A stretch of 64,000 nt of DNA. Origin: Basidiobolus meristosporus CBS 931.73 (lineage: Eukaryota > Fungi > Basidiobolomycota). The stretch is taken from contig MCFE01000134.1 of NCBI GenBank assembly GCA_002104905.1, forward strand, positions 1-64,000, written 5' to 3'. Positions within the stretch are counted from its first letter, which is position 1, and each line of letters starts with the position of its first letter. Position numbers and translations under genes: made by a program. Shown here one piece after another: positions 1 through 11,345 of the stretch. The notes under the pieces are model-generated. The model saw only the letters and a program-made list of their open reading frames with translations. It made no database searches and was not told where the DNA came from.

Positions 1-542
1 GTCATACCTTCATTGTCTAGCTGTTTTATGAATTGTCAGCCACACTTTTTTTCAAAATTCCCCTTTTTTCTCTGAATCCCAACGCTCTCTACTTAACCTT
101 TACCCCGTTAACCCTTTCCCCTTTTGCTTTCTAACCTTAACTTCACACCGAATTGGGTGACTCCCCCAGCTATACCATCTCCCTTCCCTTCCCTTCCCTT
201 TCTTTCCCCTTGTACGTATTTCTTCGAAGGGTATTTGTACTTGCCAAGGTTGCCTCCGACCGTGATACCTGTACCAATAGTTCTATCTGTATTCCTTGTC
301 GTGATTCCCTTGCTGAGAGTTCTGTCCGACTATTTAAGTGAAGTTCCTTTGCTAGGAAGGTGTTTATCTATTTCGTCAGCGTCACATCAGAGTTCTTTAG
401 CCTCGCTAAGTACGGTGTGTGCCTAAACTTGCACTTGCTACTAGCCTCGTGAATCTTTCCGGTTGGCCAAGTCCCGCTGCCTCTTTCCGGTGGCATCTAT
501 TCCGAATAGCTTAGTACCTCTCTCCTCCCCCCTAGCCACACC

Positions 543-2082
543 ATGGCCAAATTTGACTGTGAAAACTCTGGTTTTTACGAGGTCAAGACCACCCCCACCG
601 CAAGGATAACCCTCACGGGGGTGCAGGAATCCCTTCTGCAGGAAGCGGAGAAAAATATCATCTGGTATCGCGAGCATTTTTTTGGTCGAGGTTTGCCTGC
701 TTCAACAACCGTGTATTGCGTTCATGCAACTCAACAGATTTCCTTCCTCACAACATCAGAGCACCAAAACTACTTGGCCCTGGAGAGTCCATATGGCCCG
801 CTGTCGGTCTCAGTGGTGGAGGATTGTCATGAGAATAATATGTTTGTTATTATCCGAACCTCCCAGGTAAGCGTCCTGTTAGGGCGGCATTGTCTGGACA
901 TGAAGCTGACCGCGTCACGTGATTCAGGGATCGGAGTTCGTGGTGGTCAACGCAATGAAGATACACAACCCATGGTTCCGTAAATGTCTGTCCCTCCCCC
1001 CAACCATCCACGCGATCATGAAGCAAGCCAAGCCAGGCTTCCTGGCCAACATGAAGCTTAGCCTATGCAAGAGCCCGATGCTGCCAAGCGCGTTGTTGGA
1101 GAGTGAGGAGAGGCAGGTAAGCTGTCTTACGCAGCCACCATTTGAAGCGTCCGTCTCTCGCTAACCCACCGTAACCCAACGGTAGATCATTCGCAGCTAC
1201 AAGTTCGGAGTGTGCTACATCGGCCCTGGCCAATCCAACGAGGATGATATGTTCTCAACCACCCTAGGTAGATTGATTTCAGTGTCACCAGATTCATGGC
1301 AAGCGCGCTAATACTATGGGTATCCTCTTCAGAACAAACGTCCCCGGCGTTTTCGGGATTCCTCAACTTTCTGGGGGAAACGGTGCCATTGAAGAACTGG
1401 AAAGGATATAGAGCCGGGTTGGATGTGACTAGTAAGTACTTGTGCCTGTGTTGGCGCCAGCGTGACACCCAGCTGACCTAGATCCGAATTCTTCAGGCGA
1501 CAACACTGGTGTGAACTCGGTATATACAAGCTGGCAAAACTATGAAATCATGTTCCACGTAGCCCCGATGCTTCCATACAACGAGCGAGACACACAATGC
1601 TTAGAGAGGAAGCGACATATAGGGAACGACATCGTCGTGATAGTGTTCCATGAGAGTGACGAGCCTTTTCAGCTCAGCAGCATCTCGTCCAACCGCAACC
1701 ATATAATATGCCTTGTAAAGCCCCATAACGAAGGCTACAAGTATGTCGCTAGTTTTCCACGTACTTATGCATCGAGTTCGTTCACTGACCATCGCCCTGA
1801 ACATGAATGCAGGATTTCGTTAGCCTGCAGGAAGGATGTGCCAGCTTTTCAGCCTGAGCTCCCAGAACCGGCGGTCATTAGCAAGGACGCCACATCCCGG
1901 GACTTTCTACTGCATATATGTAAGTTTCTCTAGACACCAATACTGCCTTGCTCGTACTTATCGCATCCCTCCCAGTAATCAATGCCGAACGTGCATCTTA
2001 CAAGGTCCCAGTGTTTGCCACTCAAATCTCACGGACACGATCGGTGCTGTTGTACGATATCACTGAACGCTTCACAAGCTAA
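543..2082 (+). CDS. Rap/Ran GTPase-activating (RapGAP domain) protein, multi-exon
   Basis: Exon translations contain RapGAP motifs: WYREHFFG, FLGETVPLKNWKGYRAGLDV, EIMFHVAPMLPY..CLERKRHIGNDIVVIVF. The last exon reads LINAERASYKVPVF..RTRSVLLYDITERFTS* (TAA 2080-2082). GT..AG introns lie between the blocks. The start codon is tentative. Confidence 0.9.
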
Positions 2083-2726
2083 CTAATCCACGGTTAACCA
2101 AGTACCAACCTACATAAAGATATATCCGTAGCTCTCTCCTCCACTTATCCATTCCATCCAATTTCTTATTGCACGTAATCTGTTCAAATCCCACTTTTTC
2201 CAAGCTTGGTTTCTCATTCCCACATGATCCTCCCACTCAATCTCAATTCCCCGGATTTCCTTTAGTTTTGTGCATGCTTCTCTGTGGGGACCTGAACAAA
2301 TCTACCTCCCCCTCCACTCCCCTCCCCCTCCCGTCAACATTTACTTTTGCGTAGAGCAAGATACAGAATAGCGACTCTGGGCATCATTGTTGTGCTAGAT
2401 ATAGTTTTAGGGTCTTCATTTGCTGTAAATTACCCATCAATTCCATTAAAATCGGAGCGAAATATTGGTTACATTGTAGCTATGGAAACGAGAGAATGTG
2501 CCCATCGATTTGTCTAGAGCATACACCTGACTGCCTGTTACGAACCGGTCCCCTCCCGCAATCCGCCTGGCTTTGTTGGAGGCGCAACGGGGTTGCTGAC
2601 AGAAACCGGCCGTACGCTGGCCCTTGTCCAGGGGACCCTTAGGAGAGTGAAAAATACCTTTATGTAATGAAGTTATCTATATTGCTTACGGCGCATTTGG
2701 CAGTGGTGGCTATAGCCCTCCTCCGG

Positions 2727-5600
2727 TCAAGAGAATTCCTGGGAGGTGCTTGTCTCGGTCAGCTGTCTCGGCTGTTTGCTTTGTCTTGCCAGGATGCGCT
2801 GGGTATCAAGTGGTAAAGATAGCTCCTCATCTTTAGAGCTGTGACCCCGAGGGAGTGGATGCCTCCACACAACGTAATTGTATAAGTGTGTTACGATGGA
2901 GTATAGAATCCCCATGCAGCTGGTTACCAAGGAGAGGAAGGAGAATAACTTGAAATAGCCGTTGGAAGTCTTGTAGATTATCTATCAATGGGGATAAGCC
3001 AAGGTTAGTGCTTCGAGGGGGGGGGGAGTTGTGGCATGAAAGGGGAAGTTTACCTGGATGATCAGCTGCGGGATGTCTTCTATCACGACGCCAATCGCCG
3101 TACAGAGAAGAATCATGCGGGTGACTTTGGTTGAGAAGGGGGCGCTAAGCGAGTTGAACCCTAGAAACCGAGCCCTCAGTAGGTTCAACAGTACCGGATT
3201 CGTAGCAGCCAGGATGGATACGAGGGAGGTAATCAAGGTGTTTCTGGCAAACCATTCGTGAAACAGCGGGTTGTTGGAGACCTCGCTGACGATGATGTAT
3301 GCTGAGGCCACTAGATTGAACGAGAACGGAAGGACCAGGAAAAGGATGGACGGGATAGCCAATCTTGGTATATCGAATGAGTTCCACGCAACAAAGAGAA
3401 AGTCGGCGACGAAGTCGGCCAACGAGAGCGCTAGCATGAAGATGATTGCATTGTCGCTCCTTGGAAACTTCCTATGGCAAATGGCGAAGCCTACGATAAC
3501 CGCCAGGAGGACGACAACTATGGCCACCAAACTCCTCCAGTTGTCTTTGAAGAGGCTCTCCTCTCTGATCACTCCAAAAGCCGGATCAATCAGTTGGGTG
3601 AAATTTCCATAGCCAAGCGGGCTACGATCCTTGTTTCGGATCATGAGGGAGAATTCGTTGGCCAGATTGGAGGCGGTACGCTTACCACCGATCCCAATCT
3701 TCTTTAGCTGGACCTGGTAAATCTCACCAGACTCGGTGCTTCTCAAGTAACTGCATTCGATTCGCTTGGCTTCTATTGGCAATTGGTCGATCAGTTCCTG
3801 GCATAAACCGGAGCTTATGGCTGCCCTTCGTGCACCATTCCCTGGATTGTTAGTATTCAGCCGAATCTGCATCTTGACCCCATCCTTCTCCGCACGATTC
3901 GAATCGCTCTTTGTGCGTAGGAGCCACACATTGGAGCCAATACCCGGAAGCGGCTCGCCAATGGAGCTTCTAAAGGCTCCTCCCTCGACAGTAATGTAGT
4001 ACCTGCCTTCGGGGCTGTTAAACGCCCACTTGGAGGCTGTGAAATTGTAGCTGCTAAGCGTCTCCAAACTTGCTTGCACCGTGATGGTCTCCCTCGGATA
4101 CTTGAGGTTCTCGCTGTAGATTTTGATTTTCCCGAACCCTGTTGTGTAATTCGAATCCAGGAAGTAGATTCTGAAGTCTTCTCGGTTAAGGTCGATCTCA
4201 GACCCAAGCGCCGGCTCGGTGCTGACGATGTTTGGGTTGTCATCATAGCTGGACCGATTCAGAAAAGTGGGCAGATCGACGGAATGTACGTTGAAGCCTT
4301 GGATCGTCCAGTCTCCCGGGCCGCTTCCACCGCCTGCGCTTAGGCTCAGAATGGTATTGTTGGGAAGTACCGTTACTCCTGTCGGCATGACATCTGGGCT
4401 GGCAAACGGAGTCAGGTTCCACCAACGATCGTAAAGTCTCACGGAAGTGTTGGAGTCGGGTGTGATGGTAACAAGGCCGCCGTATGGGAGCCCGTAAGCT
4501 ATTGACTGGCCCTGAAGCACGCTGATGTTTTGGGGCGCCTCGTTCAGCTTGCTGGGCAGCGTATATAGTGAGCCGGAGTATGAGAATTGGGTGATGTATG
4601 TGATGCGTTGCATCATATCCGCCCCAGCGATGGTCGGCGTGAATTCATCATAAACGCAGAAATGCCCATCCCCAGCGGTCAGCGCGTCACATTTGATGAT
4701 CATCAGTAGTCCTGATGTCTGGGAGTTGGCCACAATAAAAGCCTTCGCCGGAGGCTTGCCACTGTTTACGTACGCAGTGCGGATCAGGTTGATGTTGGTC
4801 GAGATCGTGGACACCCAGCTTACCATAAAGCTACCGTCTGCGGTCACCGATGTGGATACAGTCGGTTGGTAATTGAAGGTTCGGTTCGAAAGCTCGTTGG
4901 AGAGGATATCGCTTGCCAGGATGGCGGGAGAGGCTATTTCGTTGCCAAATCCATCAAACTGGTATATCGTCAGGTCGGAAATATTCTGGTAAGTGAGCGA
5001 CCGGATCACAGCAACCATAATCACCACCGGCTCCTCCGAAGTCACAGCAGCGTCGAAAGCATCCACTCGCTGGGGGATCATTTTGGGCATGTTCACCGCG
5101 GTGCCGTTTCGAAGATAGATTTGTAGGAATAGGTCGGGATCCCCCGATTTCCTGTAAAGATGAGCAAATCCGTCGTCGTAGAAAGGCAAAAACAACGAAT
5201 GCTCTGCTGAGAGGATTTTAGGCATGTTTTCTAGCCGGAACTCCAGCTGACGGTTCCGGTCGTATTTCTCCAGAGTCCCGGGCTTTGTGTTTGCATCGAA
5301 CATTTGGAAAGGGGATGCCATGTAATCTGAATACGCTTGCTCGCTGGCGAAGTTATTAAAGGACCAAAGAGTACCTCCGCTCTTCGGGAATGCTGTCATG
5401 CGTTGGAAGGGGACCGGAAATGATTGACAGAAAATTGTTCTTATCCGGATTAGCTGGCCAAGGACCAAAAGGACCCCTTTCTTCTTGAGGAACATCTCTG
5501 GAGGTTGCAAACCAGGCCAGGCTGTGTGGTGCAGCGGGGTAGAATGTGAGAAGTCAGACTCGGCGGCGTGCCAGGTAAACACGCCCTCCATGGGCCCCAT
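2727..5600 (-). CDS. Large membrane protein: long putative extracellular region with an SbsA/Big_5-like Ig fold, followed by about 6 TM helices (EDIPQLIIQ motif)
   Basis: 871-aa ORF 2985-5600. Intron 2982-3053 (CAG|GTAAAC..GATAG|ATA) joins a last exon IIYKTSNGYFKLFSFLSLVTSCMGILYSIV..QEFS* ending at 2727. Hydrophobic C-terminal segments. The Ig-like assignment comes from motif resemblance only, and the true N-terminus is uncertain. Confidence 0.75.
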
Positions 5601-7398
5601 TTGGACTATTTAAGCAGCTGCTGCCGAACGCCGAGTATTGTGCCAATTGTCTCAGATTCAAGTTATATCAGCGGACCGTGGAGCAATCCTCAAGTCAAAA
5701 GAGCTCCGTAGGCATCGATGGCCGAGTAAAGACGAACCCATTTCCTGCCTGATCCTGGTAGCCGCCAGCGCCCCACCAAGGCGTTACTCTGGGATGCACT
5801 GATAGACTTGACCTCTATATTAAGTTCCAGATCTGCCATCATCCATGAGGGCAGCCTTGATGCGATCTTATTTTCATCAGAGGCTCCCTAGCAATGCAAT
5901 CCAGGCAGTCACGTCTTTGATGTGTTCCGACTCCCATTTTGTTCCGATTGATCTCAGATACACTCCATCACCTTATTCTGTATCACTCTCCGGCCGACTC
6001 ATCAGCAAACTGGGCCTCCCGCACTGTTGAATTCAAGCAGATCGAGGCTTGTCAACCCTCTAATGAGATATTCTGGAATATCCCAATTCTACTTAACGAC
6101 GCTTTGTTTCGGAACAGGCAATGTGCTGTCGCACAAGATGGAATGCATCATTGTGGATGATTATTCATCAGCCCAGCGCTCATAACAAGAACCGTTTTCC
6201 AGACTATGCGTCAATTACTAGCTTCAGCCCATAGAAGATAAAGCAATCTCTCGAGATTGAAATTACTTGGCGGGTCAATACTGGCGGGCTGTCCTGAATG
6301 TTGCTGCTTTGGAGCAGCAACAAATTGTTCACTGCCTTCTCTAGATACCAACATGGTTGCAAAGTTAGGAGAAATGACGCCCTCTCTCGGCGTTGGGCAT
6401 GGAGGCTGGTGTCGTGGGCTCCAATAGGAATCTGTGCGGCATGCTGGAGACGGTTGCAGCTGGTTTATTTCTTCTGGCATGTAATCATCATCAATGTTGT
6501 AGCATACGGTTGTTGGGGATTGATCTACTCTAGTCCAATAGTTGCTGTCAATCTGGACAGATCATTCAGCGGAACACCATTGAAGAGGGAGGGAATGAGG
6601 ATGAAGCATTGAATGATTTGTAATGATGCGAATGCTGAATAGTTGGATATTAGACATTATTTTTCTCCAATCAGCAAATTCCCGAATGGAACATGCATTT
6701 TTCGACAGTGGATGCAACAAGGCCCGAGCAGATAGAAATGGCGTTCACGCCTTGCCTTGCCTTTCCTTTCCTTGCCAGAGCTCTCCCTTCCCTCAGTTGA
6801 TGATATGCTAATACAAGTGCAACTCCAACCACTTTTAAGGACTGGACTACTAGCGATACGGCGGATCCCAGAACGCACATACCAATCCATAGTTCTCGTT
6901 GCAGCAATGAGATTGTTAATTCCACCAAGCCTTCAGATCCAAGAGGTTCTCCAGCTCTCCGGTTGTGCCTGGCCAGATGGAGGTTGGAAAACTTGCCTGC
7001 CTTGCTGACACACTCCAAGTACTCGTTGCACTACTCTTTGTTCTAGTTATATTACGAAGCTACACGGAAGCGCCAACAGCTACTCACAGCCCATTTACCT
7101 AATCACGTTTGAAGGTTTATTCTGATTCGTCAATAGGGGAGCATCCATCTCCAAGGCAGGGAACGAATCATCGATTGAGTGACCTAACGATTATCAGAAA
7201 CTCGACAGCTCGAACGGGAAACAAAACATGCCGCACTCTTGCTCAGTAAGGCTTGATGGCAATAGAGTAACCTTACTGTCTCTAGGACCGATATTGGGTA
7301 TAATCTGAGGCTGATATCCATAACTGCATCATGATCAACGATCAAGTCATGATGCCCAAGTCACACAATTAATACTAAGGATCTTGATGATAGGAGGG

Positions 7399-8422
7399 TC
7401 ATGGAACATAGTCATGATTTTCCAGATCGTCCACGATTAAGCTCAACTCGATATCTTCGAAATTCTCCATAGCGTTCATCCCATCCACCTTGCTATCCAA
7501 AGGCACGAGATTCTTTTGGGACATCTTTGGTTTTTTGAGAGGCCCCACTGCGCCTGAGAGCTTCTCAAGGTTGATAGCATGAACTCGTGGCAGACCCGAT
7601 TTCTTAAGGCTTCGAGTACGAAGAAGTTGCTCCAGCGTAAGTTTGGAGGAGACTACCCCTAAATGGACGCGGATGAGATTTAAAGTCGGGAGTGGGCCAG
7701 GGGTCCGAAATCAACTTACAGCTAACGTTGAATAGCACGCTCGAGTTGTCCCCTAAAACGCGCAATAAGACGAATACCATCATGACGACACTGGTGAGAG
7801 TTGTTGCAACGGAGAAGGTTGTGCCATCTTGCAGCAGAGTGACGTAAACCTTGGCTCTGATAAATTTCCACCGATTGTAAACGGAGTACAAGAAACAGGC
7901 AGACAGGTACGCGTTTAAAGATATCTCCACCGCCACAAGCATCAAGGCTATGGTAGAGTTCACGATATTTGTGCAGGTGAGCAGTGGAGTGACAGTCACC
8001 TTGGCAAACAGGATATTCGCCAGGCCCATTGAGAATCTCGCCAGGCCAAGAACGACTCCGTACGAGAGTATAGGATACGACGACTCCGAGCAATAGTAAA
8101 CCTTGATCAGTAGTATTGTCTCGATGCAAGTTGTTGAAAGTAGATTCAGGCTTGCTGCCGTGTACATCTTGATGTCACATCTAAAATCGAACTGAAAGAA
8201 AAGAACGATCAATGCTATGTTTGTAACGGCGCCTAGCATGGCTTGTATGAAGCATAAATAGTTTATAGGCTTTCGATTCTCTACGACCAGCTTCAACGCG
8301 TGATACGTGTTGTTGATAAACACGGTCGTGGCCATGGCTATCACCGCCATCATCATGTTGTTTTGGTAGAGTAGATATAGGGGGGCGGTCAGCTGGACTG
8401 GATGTTCGCCATGTGGACTCAT
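7399..8422 (-). CDS. 7TM GPCR-like membrane protein, two exons
   Basis: ORF 7604-8422 has about 6 hydrophobic spans. Intron 7659-7719 (GTAAGT..TTTAG) restores NVSWVVSSKLTLEQLL (a 7th TM) plus a polar tail ending DYVP* at 7399. Confidence 0.7.
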
Positions 8423-9075
8423 GAGGGAGATAGGGAGAGGCCTGATTAGAGCAGCGAGAAATGGGGCCTTTAGTGTAGCCTAAGAAAAGCCTTGACACGG
8501 ATCAGGCGAATTCTAGAGTTGGTGCAGGATATAGCCCCGAAGCGAGATACATTTATAGCTAACATTGGGTCGAGGACAGTGAGCTCCACAAGCGGTATGA
8601 TGTAGAGGAGGTGCTTATGCTACCAATAAGTGGCAAGCACCCCGCCCATATCAGGTTAAATCAGCAAGTAGTTGAAGGCATTTCCATCACCCTCCTACAT
8701 CTAGGTAAGATGAAAATATCGATTCTTCACGTCCTGGGCAGATCCCGGCCTCCTGCTGATCCAGATGCACATGCAGATCAATACACTGAATGTGATTGCT
8801 CGTCGTCCGCAACCACAACACAGAGCTCATCACCGTTCCCGGGTGCCATCTGATCTAGCCCTTAAGAGGTTAGATAAATCCCTGAATGTACGGTTGATAT
8901 GAATTCAATTTATGTGAAAGGAGATCCAGGGTGACTGGGTTTGTTACTTTCTCCTCTAGGAATTGTAGAACCTACAGAAGTGGACCTCAAATTAATATTG
9001 GGCATCAGGATTTGTACACATACATCAGGGTTACTTTATTTATTACTACAGTGCACATCGGAGAGAATCAGGTGA

Positions 9076-9867
9076 CTAGGGGGTGCCAAAAGTTGGTTCC
9101 AACTCTTGCAACAATATTTGAAAACGTTCTTTCTCCGGGAGAGAAGGGTCCAATTTGTTTAGCTTCGGCATCACCTTTCTTTCAAAAAAGTTCCTGATAT
9201 AAATTCTTGATCGCCATGGAATTAACGTATGGATATCCGACCAAGAATGGCCATATTTGATCAATCCTTCTAGCATCAGCTTCCTTTCTTCGTATGACCA
9301 GTCTCCTTTCTTCAGGGACGGGTTTAGATAGTTGTCGTAGCGTTCGGCAACCGTAGCTTGGTCTCGCCCTGGCATATCCTGGACAACGGCATGCCAATTC
9401 CTGCCATACTTTTTGACGTTCGCGATGATCAACTCATCTTCCTCTGAGGTCCAGGAGGTTCGGTTCAACGAGGGATCTAGTCTTCGCGTCCACCGTTGCT
9501 GGCACGCCTTGGGGGATCTCTTAATACTCTCGGAGATGAGCTTCCACTGGTAGGAGTATTTCGGGATCTCCATGAGTTCCCTCAAGCTGTTATCGTCTTC
9601 CGGGGTCCATTTGCCGTGACGAAACTCTTTTCTGGTAATGTTGAGCATATAGCATCTGGCCAGACTTTTGGCGGACCGGTCCGGAAAGTGCAGCAGGAAT
9701 TCGGACCATTTGGTTCCGTGCTGCTCGACTAACTTGAACAACTTGGCTTTTTCTTCCTCAGACCATTTTATCTGCTTCCGCTTCTGATCGACCGGCTTGA
9801 AGCAGAACGGATCCGACGATTTCGAGTGCACGCTTGCGTAATTAATCCATGGCAAATACTTGTACAA
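9076..9867 (-). CDS. Myb-like DNA-binding protein with four tandem Myb/SANT repeats
   Basis: Repeats begin KWSEEE, KWTPEDD, SWTSEED and DWSYEE, each with downstream Trp and RS/RD helix motifs. An additional 5' exon is possible. Confidence 0.9.
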   Translation of the reverse strand: MYKYLPWINYASVHSKSSDPFCFKPVDQKRKQIKWSEEEKAKLFKLVEQHGTKWSEFLLHFPDRSAKSLARCYMLNITRKEFRHGKWTPEDDNSLRELMEIPKYSYQWKLISESIKRSPKACQQRWTRRLDPSLNRTSWTSEEDELIIANVKKYGRNWHAVVQDMPGRDQATVAERYDNYLNPSLKKGDWSYEERKLMLEGLIKYGHSWSDIHTLIPWRSRIYIRNFFERKVMPKLNKLDPSLPEKERFQILLQELEPTFGTP

Positions 9868-10408
9868 AGTAGCTATTCTAGAACAAGAGAGATTTCAGAC
9901 GCGCTCAATAAACATCACGACAAAGCACAGAACACGCCCAACTGACGGGCGAGACCGAAAGAGGCAGGGAAAGATATCGTACCTATTGCTGATGGTGAAG
10001 GGAGAAGGGTTCCTTGTCAGAATGTTCATGCGTACAGTTGAAGCACACTCGGCAATACGAAGAGAAGTATCAACCTCACTGGCAAAGAAGAATTTACCAT
10101 GAAAATTCAAACTCTGAAGTGATTAGATTTTATTTATATTTATACAGGAATAACGATCCAACTGGAATTTCGGACCCTTCAAGTATATGTATATATATTT
10201 GGTATAATGGTCGGATATGGAATATAATTGATGAAAGAGCACACAATGGGTTCAGACCCGCTAGAGCAGTGGACATATTTGCTGATGCCGAACAAAGCAT
10301 GCATGAACAGAATTAAATTAGGTGGATGTAGATGTGGATGTGGGGTATTGGGTTGTAACGTATGAACAATGCGACGGGGTGGTGTAAACTAACTATGGAC
10401 AATAGAGA

Positions 10409-11287
10409 TCAACGGCGCCGTTGCTGTGCCACCTCATGCGCCGAATTCCTGCCCAGTACATCATCTCTGGTGGTCTCGGCAGCAGCTAGGATTCTCTCGC
10501 GTAGCTCGGAGGAGATCCCTAAATCTTTGCCAGCTTTGGTCAAGTTTTTCAACATCGCATCAAAATGGGAGTCGTTCAAGTCCAGCAGGCGTTTGTGGGC
10601 AGCTCGCATTCTGGTCATATTCATCTGCTTCCCTCCTAAGAGGTGAATCAGGAATGTTGTTTGCATGCGCTGGAGTCGCTCTATGTTGACTCCCTGGAAA
10701 AATAGACGTGTTTTGCGATCGGTCAGGTTGTAGTGATAGAATCGCTCTACTAGCAGCTCTACCTTGTCCTCACCCAATATATCCAGGACGGTCGACTCAC
10801 TACTTTCCCTTGAGTTGGGTCGCTCGTAGGGATTAACCAGAGGCTGATCGAAAGGGCACTTGGGGGCCGCATTAGGAGCCATGTAGACAGCTTCCGTTGA
10901 CATGGGGATATCTCTGTGATCGAACGGGCATTTTGCAGGCGCTATAGGCACAATGGATGGTTCTAGGGGTTTCTGCTGAGCTGGGCCCTTTCTGAGTCCA
11001 GTATAAGGGCATCTTGGTTGGGATGGTGGCGTTGGATGGGTGTACTCAAGCGCGGCTTGTTTGTGGGAATCACCACAAGCATGGAGTCTATCGTGAGCCA
11101 CTGTGTGAGCTTCCTGCTTACCGTAAGCTAGCGGAGAATGAGTGACTCCAGGTAGAGATTCGGGCTTCTGGGAAATGTCATAGTCCACCCGAGACTTGGA
11201 TAGATCGTTGCAAGATGCATATTTTCTAACTAAACTCTGATGATGGCTAAATTTCTTCGGGGAGAACAGGTTGCTGAAAAATCCCAT
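10409..11287 (-). CDS. Group I truncated (2/2) hemoglobin, trHbN-like, with a ~165-aa N-terminal extension bearing three CP motifs
   Basis: C-terminal domain reads LDILGEDKVELLVERFY..LFF..RLQRMQTTFLIHLLGG..MRAAH..LNDSHFDAM..DDVLG. It has TyrB10 (Y184), the EF GG motif and proximal HisF8 (H231). Intronless ORF. Confidence 0.9.
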   Translation of the reverse strand: MGFFSNLFSPKKFSHHQSLVRKYASCNDLSKSRVDYDISQKPESLPGVTHSPLAYGKQEAHTVAHDRLHACGDSHKQAALEYTHPTPPSQPRCPYTGLRKGPAQQKPLEPSIVPIAPAKCPFDHRDIPMSTEAVYMAPNAAPKCPFDQPLVNPYERPNSRESSESTVLDILGEDKVELLVERFYHYNLTDRKTRLFFQGVNIERLQRMQTTFLIHLLGGKQMNMTRMRAAHKRLLDLNDSHFDAMLKNLTKAGKDLGISSELRERILAAAETTRDDVLGRNSAHEVAQQRRR

Positions 11288-11316
11288 GTTGGCTGCAGGG
11301 AAGGGTTGGGGCAGGG

Positions 11317-11345
11317 GTAGGAGTAGGAGTAGGAGTAGGAGTAGG
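11317..11345. repeat. (GTAGGA)n hexanucleotide microsatellite just upstream of the globin ATG
   Basis: gtaggagtaggagtaggagtaggagtagg read directly from the sequence. Confidence 0.9.

Noticed and set aside
124-426. 100-aa hydrophobic ORF at the window start
   Set aside because: Derives from a pyrimidine-rich tract upstream of the RapGAP gene and starts at a non-ATG codon.
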